From: Terriglobia bacterium
GTDB lineage: Bacteria > Acidobacteriota > Terriglobia > 20CM-2-55-15
Reading direction: 5' to 3'
Length of the DNA: 64,000 bases
Assembly (NCBI GenBank): GCA_965198225.1
Contig: CBDAOY010000007.1
Span: 990,045 to 1,054,044 of the forward strand
This document shows, piece by piece, positions 1 through 9,748 of this stretch; the stretch's first letter is position 1, and every line of letters starts with the position of its first letter. Below the pieces are notes generated by a model. The model ran no database searches. It had not been told where the DNA came from and saw nothing but the letters and a program-made list of their open reading frames with translations. The position numbers were made by a program, and so were the translations under genes.

Positions 1-1708
1 CCCAGTAGTGATCCTCGACGACGACCAACCGGCCCCCTGTTTCCGCGGCTGCACGGATCAGGCCCTCGGCATCGATGGGCTTGACCGAGTATGCGTCGAT
101 GACCCGGATGGAGCAGCCTCGCTCCTTCAGGATGTCGTGTGCCTTCAAGCCTTCGTGGAGCGTGATCCCGGCGCCGACCACCGTGATGTTGTCATCATCG
201 GACTGTCTAAGAGTCTTCGAGCCGCCGATGTCAAAGACCTCGTCGGAGTCATAGATGACCGGTGCTTTCGGGCGGGTCGTGCGCAGATAGGAAATACCAT
301 CTTGATCCGCCAGTCTTGAGACCAGGCGTTCAGTCGAAACCGCGTCGCTCGGATACAGCACCACCGAGTCGGGAATGGCGCGAAACATCGCTATGTCTTC
401 CAAGCCCATCTGGGACGGTCCGTCCTGTCCTATCGAGACGCCGCAGTGGGAACCGACGAAGCGGATGTTCGCCCGGGAAATACGGGCCATCCGGATCTGG
501 TCGAAACTTCTGGTCAGAAAAGCTGCGAACGTCGAAACAAACGGGATCTTGCCGCAGGCGGACATGCCTGCAGCCACACCGACCATGTTCTGTTCCGCGA
601 TGAACATCTCGAAGAACTGATCGGCGTGATCGGCGAGGAGTTTCTGGGAGAATGTCGAGTTCTTCGTGTCGCCGTCGAGCGCAACGACACGCGGATCCTT
701 GTCGGCCAGCTTGACCAGGGCGTCACCGTAGGCCTCCCGCGTCGCGGCCTGATCTCCGCGGTTGCGGGTGACGTCGATGCGGTGTTCGACGTGGGCGGCT
801 TCGATCGGAATGCTCGGTCGCGGAGACGGTTTGTAGCCGTCTGAGCCGAGCGGGGTCGACAACTCCCGGAGTGCCGAGCTGAGTTCGGTCTTCGGTACGG
901 GCTTGCCGTGCCAGCCGTCCTTGTCTTCAAGAAGCGATACGCCTTTGCCCTTGAATGTGCGGGCGACGATCGCGCGGGGCCGATCGCCTCCCTCGGCCCG
1001 ACACTTCTCGAACGCGCCGGTGATCGCCTCGTAGTCGTGCCCGTCGATCGCGAGGGCGTACCATCCGAAAGCCCGGAATCGCTCTGCGTAACGGTCGACG
1101 TCGAAGCCGTACATCGTTCGCTGGCTCTGGCCCATGCCGTTGACATCGACGATGGCATAGAGGTTCTTCGTCTCGTAGAAACTCGCCAGCGCGGCCGCTT
1201 CCCACACCGAGCCCTCGGCGCACTCACCGTCTCCCAGCAGCACGTAAGTATCGTAGGGCGCGTCGTCCATGCGCGCGGCCAGCGCGAGGCCCAGCCCGGC
1301 CGACAGCCCCTGGCCCAGAGATCCCGTTGCCACGTCGACCCACGGGATTCGCGGGGTCGGGTGGCCCTCGAGGTCGCTGTCAAACTTGCGAAGGCTCAGC
1401 GTCGCGTTCTCATCCACAATTCCGGCTTCGGCGTACGCCGCGTACAAGAGCGGTGCCGCGTGGCCTTTCGACAACACGAACCGGTCGTTCGAAGGGTTGT
1501 TCGGCTCCTGCGGGTCGTAATGCATCTGCCGGAAGAATATGACCGAGGCCAGGTCTGCGGCCGACAGGCATGATGAAGGGTGTCCAGAGCCGGCCTCGGT
1601 CGTGGCCTTGATGGAGAGGACGCGCATTCGGCGCGCCTTTTCTTTGAGGACTTCGATGGGCGTGTCCATGATTTCGAACGCTGTTCCTTTTCGAACGGTT
1701 GACGACAT
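1..1708 (-). CDS. tkt: Transketolase (single-chain short form), C-terminal part truncated by window edge
   Basis: Manual reverse-strand translation from ATG at 1706-1708: MSSTVRKGTAFEIMDTPIEVLKEKARRMRVLSIKATTEAGSGHPSSCLS...LGDGECAEGSVWEAA...AIDGHDYEAI...FIAEQNMVGVAAGMS...; open to position 1; not in ORF track because it runs off the window. Confidence 0.8.
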   Translation of the reverse strand, partial: MSSTVRKGTAFEIMDTPIEVLKEKARRMRVLSIKATTEAGSGHPSSCLSAADLASVIFFRQMHYDPQEPNNPSNDRFVLSKGHAAPLLYAAYAEAGIVDENATLSLRKFDSDLEGHPTPRIPWVDVATGSLGQGLSAGLGLALAARMDDAPYDTYVLLGDGECAEGSVWEAAALASFYETKNLYAIVDVNGMGQSQRTMYGFDVDRYAERFRAFGWYALAIDGHDYEAITGAFEKCRAEGGDRPRAIVARTFKGKGVSLLEDKDGWHGKPVPKTELSSALRELSTPLGSDGYKPSPRPSIPIEAAHVEHRIDVTRNRGDQAATREAYGDALVKLADKDPRVVALDGDTKNSTFSQKLLADHADQFFEMFIAEQNMVGVAAGMSACGKIPFVSTFAAFLTRSFDQIRMARISRANIRFVGSHCGVSIGQDGPSQMGLEDIAMFRAIPDSVVLYPSDAVSTERLVSRLADQDGISYLRTTRPKAPVIYDSDEVFDIGGSKTLRQSDDDNITVVGAGITLHEGLKAHDILKERGCSIRVIDAYSVKPIDAEGLIRAAAETGGRLVVVEDHYW

Positions 1709-1925
1709 GCTAAAGCAGCCCGAGGCCAGGCATCTCCGAGGGAACGCCGGACCGAAATTTGCCTGAGATGAAGTTGTGAATTATACGACACCTCTCGGGC
1801 CAGAAGCGGGGCCTAGAGGCAACGAAAACGGTTGGATGTTCGGCTTAGCCGTATCGCTGGTCCAATGTGATCCAGGTCTCTCCTGGCGGGCAGCCGATTC
1901 TTCTATAAAGACTGTAAAAAATGTA

Positions 1926-1954
1926 TTGACAACAAGATCACGAAAACAGATAAT
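1926..1954 (+). promoter_or_regulatory. Sigma70-type promoter: -35 TTGACA, 17-bp spacer, -10 GATAAT, in an AT-rich island with upstream A-tract
   Basis: Exact -35 consensus and 5/6 -10 at canonical spacing; no CDS downstream on + strand. Confidence 0.5.
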
Positions 1955-1960
1955 TCGCGT

Positions 1961-2021
1961 AATCTCATTAATTTGAGCGTTCCCCACACTCCGGGCCCTG
2001 CGCGATGCAGGGCCTTTTTTT
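1961..2021 (+). ncRNA. Candidate ~60-nt small RNA (orphan promoter to intrinsic terminator)
   Basis: Promoter 1926-1954 followed ~40 nt later by GC hairpin + U7; no ORF. Confidence 0.35.
1994..2021 (+). terminator. Rho-independent terminator (8-bp stem GGCCCTGC/GCAGGGCC, 5-nt loop, T7)
   Basis: Perfect stem followed by ttttttt. Confidence 0.7.
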
Positions 2022-2511
2022 CTGCAGAGACACCGATGATTCTTCACTCTCGGGGCAAACGGGGCGTGCAACCGGGCGTTACCATCTTGCGTGTGCTGTC
2101 GTCGGCGAACTGAGAAACTCGAACCAGCAGCGCCACCGAAACCTGCACGCAGTGGCCGCACTCCGGTTGGGGCTCAAGGTTCGACCAAACCTCGAGGTGA
2201 GCCGTCGCTCGAATCGACAGACGCCAGCACCGATCCGGACGCCGAGGATCGCGGCGTAAAGCACTCCAAGTGATGCCGGCCGTCCTGAGGGACCTACTCG
2301 GTACAGCGACCTTGTCACGAAAGACTTCCCGTTCTTTCTCCATTTCATGTTCCGTTGAGTCGAGTGATGAGCTGGTCTTTTCCCGTCGGTCATAGCATCC
2401 ACGGTATTGCAGCAGTCCAATCCGGTGGGCACGACGAGACCTCCCACCAACAGAATCCCGTCCGATTTTCGACCTGCTTCTCTAGAGCGGAAGTGTCCGC
2501 CAACCGTAATC

Positions 2512-3000
2512 CTAGGCGGTCTTGCCTACATCAAGCCATCTGCGAATCGCTCTGGAGGCGTCGCGCCGGATGATCTCTTCCAAGTACGGCACGAGGCAAG
2601 CATACGGACGCCTCAGCCAGGGCGTGCCCTTCGGATCATCCCCCGCGAAGCCAAAGTCGATCCAATCCTCGCATCCCGCGAAATGTCCGCCCCGGCAGAG
2701 CCGACATATTCGCCAGCGTAGCTTGCTTTTCGCGCCCTGTCCGAGGACTAGGAAAGTCTTTCGTTCGGCCTGCAGCTCCCGAATCTGCCTGAGTTCGTAG
2801 CGAAGAGATTCGGACATCATGTCAATCGTGACAATGACGTGGGACGACAGGCGAACGCACTCGCGGACCAGCTCGCGCCATTTGTCGTCCGGTGCGATTA
2901 GCTTCGGAATTGGCATGGGTCTGGCGGCCAAGTTCAAGGTTGACGAGCCCAAGCCGATAACGGAACACCCTTGACCTCCGGCCACGTAGTTGGGGCGCAC
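2512..3000 (-). CDS. Hypothetical protein (162 aa)
   Basis: ORF track; plausible composition, no recognised domain. Confidence 0.35.
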   Translation of the reverse strand: MRPNYVAGGQGCSVIGLGSSTLNLAARPMPIPKLIAPDDKWRELVRECVRLSSHVIVTIDMMSESLRYELRQIRELQAERKTFLVLGQGAKSKLRWRICRLCRGGHFAGCEDWIDFGFAGDDPKGTPWLRRPYACLVPYLEEIIRRDASRAIRRWLDVGKTA

Positions 3001-3161
3001 CCAACGTCTTGGGCTGGTTCCGTTGCTTGGCAGCGGTGCGAAGATCGAGAACCGGCTGGAGAATCGGGGTAGACCCGTCCAAACTGTGGGGTGAAATGCG
3101 GAGCACAGGACCGACCGTCAATGAATCAACTCTGTTATCAGCAGCTTACAGCTACGGGAAG

Positions 3162-3248
3162 CGGAGAGGGTGGGATTCGAACCCACGGTGGAGTCACCCC
3201 CACACCGGTTTTCGAGACCGGCCTGTTCAACCGCTCCAGCACCTCTCC
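3162..3248 (-). tRNA. tRNA-Ser (anticodon CGA), type II with long variable arm
   Basis: Reverse complement gives GGAGAGG acceptor stem pairing CCTCTCC, anticodon loop CUCGAAA, long variable arm, T-loop GGTTCGAATCC, discriminator G. Confidence 0.85.
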
Positions 3249-3336
3249 GTAGTTGATTTTACACCACTTAGCAAGGCCCACCACTTTTCATCGTCAGTCG
3301 ACAGTCCGCCTCCGTGGCAGCGCGGCAAGACAAACG

Positions 3337-3376
3337 AGGCCCCCCTCGAACATGAAGAAGGACTTGGGGGCCTGGC
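3337..3376 (-). terminator. Hairpin (AGGCCCCC..GGGGGCCT) downstream of the SBBP gene stop, putative terminator
   Basis: 8-bp GC stem directly 3' of the 3403 stop on minus strand; weak U-tract. Confidence 0.35.
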
Positions 3377-3402
3377 CTATCGCTGCCCGGGAATCGTGGA
3401 TT

Positions 3403-6400
3403 TCAGTCTTCGCCGCCTTTCCCGGACTTCTTGGACTTATCTGACTTTTCGGATTTGTCCGATTTGCCGGACTTGCCCGACTCCTCAGACTTGTTCGATT
3501 TTCCGGACTTGTCGGACTTACCCGATTTGTCGTCATCGTCGCCTTCGATGTCAGCCTGGATGCGGATCTCTCCCGAGTCGTTGCCGATCGTTAGGTTGAC
3601 CTCGACTGGATTCGAGATACTGTCCAGATTCACGGCCTCCGCCTCGACTCGAAAGTCGAAGGCGTCCGGACCCAGCTCGCGAATCCTCAGCTCCAGCTCG
3701 ATCCCGGCGACCTCGCCTTCAAACTCAAAGATGTCCGCACCACCCTTACGGCGGAACTCCAGCGAACCTGCCGGCAGCGTCAGTTCGAAGACGCCGATGT
3801 TCAGGACAACATCTTCCTGTGACGGGTCGATACCGTCGGAAGCGACGCCCAGCGTGAAAGCTTCCCGGAGGTCGAACTCGCCGTCCGCGCCCGTTTCAAT
3901 CTCAGCGACGGCGGCGAAATCGGCAAATATCTCTGGCTGCGTGTCGCGGATGGTGATCTCCACAGTGTCGTCGACGCAGTCGGAGCGAGAGTTGCAGGCC
4001 CGGAAGGCCGCCGAAACAATGGTATCCGCTCCCACCGACGGTGCGAGGAACGTTGCGCTGGCTCCCGACGTCTCGAAGACGCCGTCGCTGTCTGTGTCCC
4101 ATTCAAGAGTCAGGAACGACACATCGCCCCCTTCCGCGTGGGTAACAGTCCCGTTGAGCGCAATCGACTCTCCTTCGTCGACCTCGTACGGCCCCCCGGC
4201 ATCCGCCGTGATACCGGCGAGATCCTCGTCGCCGAACGTGTCCCCGGGAGCTACTGCTGCTATTTCGTTGCCGTCGGAGTCAACCACCCGAAGTGCAACG
4301 TTGCCCAGATTCTCGACCAGGAACTGTCCCAGCGGGGACTCGGTGACCTTGCCGATCCCGCCCGTCGGGATCGACACGAAGGTGTCAGCGCCGAAGCCGA
4401 CCTCGACTGGCCCACGGAGGACCTCTAAGGTCAGGGACCCGCACAGGAACTTCACGGCATCGTTCTGGTCCAGGTCCACTCCCTGGCCGCACGCCACGAT
4501 GTGCGCCTTTTCGGTCCCGCCCCTGGCGTTGGCGAACAACCCGTTTCCGAACGCGTCCCAAACCGTCACGTGCTGGTCCGCCCGGATCATTATGAAACCG
4601 GAACTAATCCCGTCGCTGAAATCGTCAGAAAAGGTCTGATCGGTGTCCACCTGGTCGATGATCCCGTCGCCGTCCCGGTCTTGCGGACCGATGGCCGTGA
4701 CGCGGCCCCCCACCCCAACGATGGCGCCGACCACCTTGTTCGAAACCGTCCCGTTTTCGTCCACCACCTCGATGACCTGAACGACGGACTCACTGGCCAC
4801 GTAGACCTTCGTCCCGTCCGGACTCACTGTGACGTCACTACCGAACGCCCCCGGCACTGCCGGGACGACGACGTCCTTGACGTTCGTGTCGATAACCGCG
4901 ACTCCAAACGGTCCCATCGCAACGTAGACGAGATGGCCATGGCCGTCTACGGGCTGCGGTGTCACGGCCAGATCGGACGGTACACCTCCAACGCTGATGT
5001 CCTTGACCTTCATGCCGTACTCACTGGTGTTCCTGTCAGCGCCGATGACGGAGACGGTCTTCGCGTTGGCAAAGGTATTCCCCACATAGGCCCACTGACC
5101 GTCGGGCGTCACGAGTACAGGACTGGGCTGGGTACCGACAACGATGTCGAGGGCCTCGGAGGTCTCGGTGTCGATCCGCGTGACCTTTTTCTGTTCGCGC
5201 CGGGTGGCGTAGACCTGAGTGCCGTCCGGGTGCACCGCCACACCGTCGAAGTTTTCCGCTGCTTTACCGGAATGTAAGACGGTCAGACCATGGGTCTCAG
5301 TGTCCATCACGTAGATGTCCGACCTGTTGCCACCCTGGTTGTCATTTTTGTCCTCGTGGACCACGACGAAGAGCTTCGTTCCGTCGGGGCTCACGACCAG
5401 TGCTTCGGGACCTGGTCCAACGACGTCCTCAACGGGGATAGGGACCTTGTGCACCTGTTTGGTGGCCGTGTCGAAGACCACAACGTTTTGGAGGTTGTTA
5501 AGGGAGTCCCGCTCGAGCCCATAGACTTCTGCCCCGTCTGGACGGACTGCGACGGCACCTGGCGCGCGATCAGTCAGGCCCGGCACAAGAGCTCCCGGCA
5601 CCGTTTCGGTGAGCAGGCAGTCATTGGCGGTGTCGATGATGCGGCCGTCGCCGGTATAGGCAAGCGGCCCGCCACCGCCGGTGCACGAAAGGGTGATCTT
5701 CGCGACGAACGCGTCGTTTCCGATTCCAGCGTTTGGCTGCAGCGTATTCCCCTCCTGCGGGAAGTTGGCGGATCCCGTTGTGCCGGCGACATAGACCTCA
5801 CCGAACGGGTTGACCGCGATACCGGAGCCCCTGTCGGCTCCGCTTCCTCCAAGGTAGGTGGAATACACGAGGTCTGTCCCGGAAAGGTTGAACTTGCTGA
5901 TGAAGGCATCGCAGAGCGTGCCATCGTGCAAGTGGGCTACGGGGTCCTCGGGTAGAGGGTCGACGAGTGGGAAACCGGTCATCGGGGCAGTCGTCGAGCA
6001 GCCCTGCCCGGTCACGTAAACGCCCGAGGGGTCTGCCGCGACAGCGTATCCGTAGTCGTCTCCCACGCCGCCCAGGAACGTGGAATACGTGAGATCCGCA
6101 CAGTTGTTGTACTGGACCTGTCCGATCGGGCAGCTCACGAAGGAGGAGTTGCCCGCGGACAGTGCCGCCACAAACACATCGTAAGTCCCACCGCCATGTG
6201 TCTCCTGGTAGGTGCCCGGAAAGCCGAAATTGCTGGAGGAGACAGGGAAGTCCATCGAAATGGTCTCTCCTGTGACCACGATTCCCCACGGACTGAAGGA
6301 TATGCCTCGCGCCAGGTCCCAGCTGGAGCCGCCCAGGTAGGTGGCATACTCCAGACGAGCTATCCCCTGGTTGTTTGTGCCCAGTTCGGCCAGAAAGGCG

Positions 6401-8004
6401 TCGCATCCGCCGCCGTACTGGGTTGAGAAAGGAGTCGCCGAAGGAGGGGTGGGAAAGTCGTCTGAGCAGGTCTGTCCCGTCACGAAGGGGCCGGTCGACT
6501 CGGAGCCGACGATGATTCCCAGACCATCCTCGCTGGACTGGCCCCCAAGGTAGACACCGTAGTCGAAGTCGTGACAGTCGCTGTATTGGATTCCGTTGAT
6601 GTTGCAGGAACTCTCGTTGAAGGGAGTGCTGATATCGAGCTTGACCACGAAGGCGTCCCGGGCAAGCAGCGGATTGTTCACGTCGATGGAGAGCGTGGTC
6701 AGTGCGGATTGGGCGTTGTCGGCAGGGAAGTCCGCCGAGTGGGTTGTGCCGGTAACAAAGACGGAGTTCACGGTGTTCGGTAAGAGCGAGGGTGTCACAG
6801 CCACGCCGAGGGCGAGGTCGTCGCGGCTGCCGCCCAGATAGGTGGAGTACTGGAGTTGCCCGCTGAAGGGCGCGAGCGCAAGCACAAAGCCGTCCAGATC
6901 GGTGCCTCCTAACTTGTTGGGGTCCAATCCCCGGTCAAAGGCGTCGGGAGTCGTGGGGAAGTCCGATGACCTGGTGTGACCTACTACGTACACCGTGCCC
7001 GAGGGCGCCGGGACGATTCCCCTCGCGGACTCGTCGCCTGTCCCTCCGAAGTAGACGGAATAGGCCAGGGCGCCGGAGCTGTCTATCTTGACCACGAAGC
7101 CGTCGTCTCCTGCCGCCGGCGGCACCTGGGTTGCCGGACCGGGCAGTGTGGCGCCCGAGGTGGTCGACCCTGCTACATAAACGTTCCCCTCGCCGTCGAT
7201 GGCGATGCCACGGGCTGAATCCTCGCCCATCCCGCCAAGGTAGCTGGAGTAGCCTAGCTCCAGCACCGGATCGATGACCAGAGTTTTGCTGTCATCGTAT
7301 GCGGCCAGTTGAAAACCGACGACCTGGGATTCTGGATTCAAGAGGTATCCGCCGGGGACCGTTTGCCGCCGACCGTCGATTTCCTGGTAGATGACGGGTT
7401 TTCGAAGTCGAACCTCACCGGTGGAGGTGTCGAGGACGAGGTCCCCGTTCGTGTCGATTTCGACTCTATCCGGACCCTCCAAGGAAACCTTGATGGAGTC
7501 GGGATCAGCCCCGGGCGCAACTATGAAGTCGTGCTCCCAGCGCCGTTGGTTGCCATAGTGAACGAGGTCGATCCCTGGATAGACATTCTGGTATCGGACC
7601 CTTGCGTAGGTTGGGAGGTTGGTGCGCCACTTCTCGGGGTCGCTTCCGATGAAGTAACTGCTCTTGCCTGGCAGCTCCTGGAGGCCGATGATAGCCGATC
7701 CGGAGTCGGCGCCGACGAGCCGCATCCGCACCGCACTTGCCGGGGTTTTGCCGGCGTCGCGCTCACGGAGCAGAAGAACCGCTTCTTCGGAAGTCAGGAA
7801 GAGCGTATAGCCGCTGCCTCGGGAAATGAACCGGACCTCTTCGTCCGCCTGGCCCTGGTTGGGCTCGAAGGCCATCGGTAATTGCACGAAGGTCGCCGGC
7901 AGGCTCTGGTCGACCTTTCCTTCACCCTGGCTGTTGGCCCCCCCGGGGGAAACCACGATTCCGAACAAAAGGCAGACCAAGAAGGCTTTCATCGCCGATC
8001 GCAT
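3403..8004 (-). CDS. Large secreted beta-propeller surface protein (signal peptide, SBBP repeats, YVTN repeats, DxDxDG Ca-binding motifs, Lys/Ser-rich C-terminal tail)
   Basis: 1533-aa ORF; N-term MKAFLVCLLFGIVVSPGGA signal; repeated YSTYLGG..D.G.GIAVD..GN.YV.G.T.S.DFP (SBBP) and VYV...DSNTVSVID-type units; tail GKSDKSGKSNKSEESGKSGKSDKSEKSDKSKKSGKGGED. Confidence 0.85.
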   Translation of the reverse strand: MRSAMKAFLVCLLFGIVVSPGGANSQGEGKVDQSLPATFVQLPMAFEPNQGQADEEVRFISRGSGYTLFLTSEEAVLLLRERDAGKTPASAVRMRLVGADSGSAIIGLQELPGKSSYFIGSDPEKWRTNLPTYARVRYQNVYPGIDLVHYGNQRRWEHDFIVAPGADPDSIKVSLEGPDRVEIDTNGDLVLDTSTGEVRLRKPVIYQEIDGRRQTVPGGYLLNPESQVVGFQLAAYDDSKTLVIDPVLELGYSSYLGGMGEDSARGIAIDGEGNVYVAGSTTSGATLPGPATQVPPAAGDDGFVVKIDSSGALAYSVYFGGTGDESARGIVPAPSGTVYVVGHTRSSDFPTTPDAFDRGLDPNKLGGTDLDGFVLALAPFSGQLQYSTYLGGSRDDLALGVAVTPSLLPNTVNSVFVTGTTHSADFPADNAQSALTTLSIDVNNPLLARDAFVVKLDISTPFNESSCNINGIQYSDCHDFDYGVYLGGQSSEDGLGIIVGSESTGPFVTGQTCSDDFPTPPSATPFSTQYGGGCDAFLAELGTNNQGIARLEYATYLGGSSWDLARGISFSPWGIVVTGETISMDFPVSSSNFGFPGTYQETHGGGTYDVFVAALSAGNSSFVSCPIGQVQYNNCADLTYSTFLGGVGDDYGYAVAADPSGVYVTGQGCSTTAPMTGFPLVDPLPEDPVAHLHDGTLCDAFISKFNLSGTDLVYSTYLGGSGADRGSGIAVNPFGEVYVAGTTGSANFPQEGNTLQPNAGIGNDAFVAKITLSCTGGGGPLAYTGDGRIIDTANDCLLTETVPGALVPGLTDRAPGAVAVRPDGAEVYGLERDSLNNLQNVVVFDTATKQVHKVPIPVEDVVGPGPEALVVSPDGTKLFVVVHEDKNDNQGGNRSDIYVMDTETHGLTVLHSGKAAENFDGVAVHPDGTQVYATRREQKKVTRIDTETSEALDIVVGTQPSPVLVTPDGQWAYVGNTFANAKTVSVIGADRNTSEYGMKVKDISVGGVPSDLAVTPQPVDGHGHLVYVAMGPFGVAVIDTNVKDVVVPAVPGAFGSDVTVSPDGTKVYVASESVVQVIEVVDENGTVSNKVVGAIVGVGGRVTAIGPQDRDGDGIIDQVDTDQTFSDDFSDGISSGFIMIRADQHVTVWDAFGNGLFANARGGTEKAHIVACGQGVDLDQNDAVKFLCGSLTLEVLRGPVEVGFGADTFVSIPTGGIGKVTESPLGQFLVENLGNVALRVVDSDGNEIAAVAPGDTFGDEDLAGITADAGGPYEVDEGESIALNGTVTHAEGGDVSFLTLEWDTDSDGVFETSGASATFLAPSVGADTIVSAAFRACNSRSDCVDDTVEITIRDTQPEIFADFAAVAEIETGADGEFDLREAFTLGVASDGIDPSQEDVVLNIGVFELTLPAGSLEFRRKGGADIFEFEGEVAGIELELRIRELGPDAFDFRVEAEAVNLDSISNPVEVNLTIGNDSGEIRIQADIEGDDDDKSGKSDKSGKSNKSEESGKSGKSDKSEKSDKSKKSGKGGED

Positions 8005-8082
8005 CTCTTCCCTCCGTTGCCCGGCAGATGTATGAACGCCGGGCTGATTCCATTTCTACGGGAGTGTCGGCGTTGACGGAAT

Positions 8083-8096
8083 CGCATGAACATGCG
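8083..8096. promoter_or_regulatory. 14-bp palindrome CGCATGAACATGCG upstream of SBBP gene (copy 1)
   Basis: Perfect inverted repeat; second near-identical copy ~200 bp away. Confidence 0.3.
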
Positions 8097-8281
8097 GTTT
8101 TCTCATCTAAGCCGATGGCCGAGACCGCGTATTGAGAACTCGGCAGGGGGACGGTTGCTGGAGCGGCGGTGAATTCTGATGGATGGAAGATGTAAGCCGA
8201 CGTCTCTGATCTATGGACTCAGGCGGCCGAGACCGCCCGTGTATCGCACGGCGCTACGAGCATTTGCAAGCGGGGGAGACT

Positions 8282-8295
8282 CGCATGAATATGCG
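8282..8295. promoter_or_regulatory. 14-bp palindrome CGCATGAATATGCG (copy 2), both followed by GTTTTC
   Basis: Same motif as 8083-8096. Confidence 0.3.
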
Positions 8296-8422
8296 GTTTT
8301 CGCTTCGTCCGTAAGAGATCAAATCTGAGAGCCTGGGAAGTGCTGTGATAGCCGCCAGCAAATCAGTAGTCAGTTGCTTTTGGCGCATCCCTAACTGACT
8401 ACCGACTCCTGACTACTAACCA

Positions 8423-9748
8423 TCAATTCTTCCAACTGTCGGCCCACAAAGGCAGGCGCAGCCTGGCCGCACAGCCTTGCCCCTCGCCCCGGTTCTCCAG
8501 TGTCAGGGTACCCTGATGCGCTTCTGCGATCTGTCGGCTCAAAACCAGCCCGATTCCCGAGCCGCCCTTCTTGGTGGTGAAGAAGGGGACGAACAGGTTG
8601 GAGGTGTTCGGCAGGCCCGGGCCTTCGTCTTCAACCCAGATGTGCAGGTGGCCGCCGGAGCGACTCCACCCCGTTCGCACATCACCTCCAGTTTCGAGAG
8701 ACGCGTCGACGGCATTCCGGACCAGGTTGATGAGGAGCTGCTCGATCTGTCCGCCGTCGGCTTCGATCGTGATCGGCGGACCTGGTATCAGGTTGACCGG
8801 CAGGCGCGTCTCCATTCCGACGACTCGACGTACCAGGGTGTCCACATCGACCTCTTCGGGTTTCGGTTGAGGTAGGCGTGCGAGCTTGGAATAGGACTCG
8901 ACGAACTGGATCAGGGAAGCGGATCGGGACGAGATCACCGAGAGACCGTGTTGGACGTCTTCCTCCCAGTCCGCCGGCCGCTGATCGCGCCCGAGCAGGC
9001 TCATGAGACTGCTCGCGATCGAGCTGATCGGTGTCAGGGAGTTGTTCAACTCGTGACCCAGAACGCGCACGATCCTCTGCCAGGTTCGCCTTTCCTCCTC
9101 GCGGAGCGTCCGGCTGAGATCGGACAGAACCAGCAGCTGGTGGGGAAGTCCACCCTGGCGAAAATTTGTCCGGCGGATCTCCCACCGGCCCCCGCCGCCC
9201 GGGAAACCGAACTCGACCAGCCGCGGCGTTTTGCCCTCCAGGCAATGTGCCAGACCCAGTTCGGCGGCGTTCGCGCCGAGCAGGCGTTCCCATGGTCTGT
9301 TCAGGAGGCGTTCGCCGGCACGGTTGACCAGCCGTAGCTTCTGGCCCTCGTCGAAGGAGAGTATCGCGACGTCGATCTCCTCCATGATCTTCTGCAAGAG
9401 CGCGGTTGCCTCGAGCGCGTCCATTCGCTGCCACCGGAGCGTGTCGGCGAGCGCGTTGATTTCTCGCGTCACATCTCCCAGCGCGTCGTCAATTCGGGCA
9501 CTGCTGCCACGGATCGAGTAGTCCCCCTCACGGAGCCCCGCGAGCAGGTTGGAAAGGGTCTGAAGGGGGAAGACCACTTTCTGCCTGGCGCCGAACGCCG
9601 CCCCTAACCAGACCACGAGGATCAACACCGACAGCGTCCACTGGACTTTCGCCGTGTAATCACTGCTCCAGAGGATAATCAGGGAGATGAGCGAGCCGGG
9701 GACCCCGGCGGTGAAGGCGATCCAGAATATGCGCTCTTCGTGTCGCAT
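8423..9748 (-). CDS. Sensor histidine kinase (2 TM, HisKA H-box GHELNNSLTPI, HATPase_c)
   Basis: 441 aa; TM helices, HELNNSL phospho-acceptor, G-boxes GGSGIGL; adjacent to NtrC-family regulator. Confidence 0.85.
   Translation of the reverse strand: MRHEERIFWIAFTAGVPGSLISLIILWSSDYTAKVQWTLSVLILVVWLGAAFGARQKVVFPLQTLSNLLAGLREGDYSIRGSSARIDDALGDVTREINALADTLRWQRMDALEATALLQKIMEEIDVAILSFDEGQKLRLVNRAGERLLNRPWERLLGANAAELGLAHCLEGKTPRLVEFGFPGGGGRWEIRRTNFRQGGLPHQLLVLSDLSRTLREEERRTWQRIVRVLGHELNNSLTPISSIASSLMSLLGRDQRPADWEEDVQHGLSVISSRSASLIQFVESYSKLARLPQPKPEEVDVDTLVRRVVGMETRLPVNLIPGPPITIEADGGQIEQLLINLVRNAVDASLETGGDVRTGWSRSGGHLHIWVEDEGPGLPNTSNLFVPFFTTKKGGSGIGLVLSRQIAEAHQGTLTLENRGEGQGCAARLRLPLWADSWKN

Noticed and set aside
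514-1573. ORF-track entries overlapping 1-1700 (e.g. 514..1383 minus, 908..1573 plus)
   Set aside because: The real gene is the transketolase in another minus-strand frame that runs off the window edge; these are frame shadows.
2044-2450. Minus-strand ORFs 2044..2343 and 2079..2450 in the 480-bp gene-poor stretch
   Set aside because: Their composition is unconvincing and they mutually overlap. The region is treated as non-coding or UTR pending expression data.
3431-4639. 402-aa + strand ORF and other + ORFs across 3.4-8.0 kb
   Set aside because: They are antisense to the well-supported SBBP gene, Ser/Pro-rich, and show no motifs.
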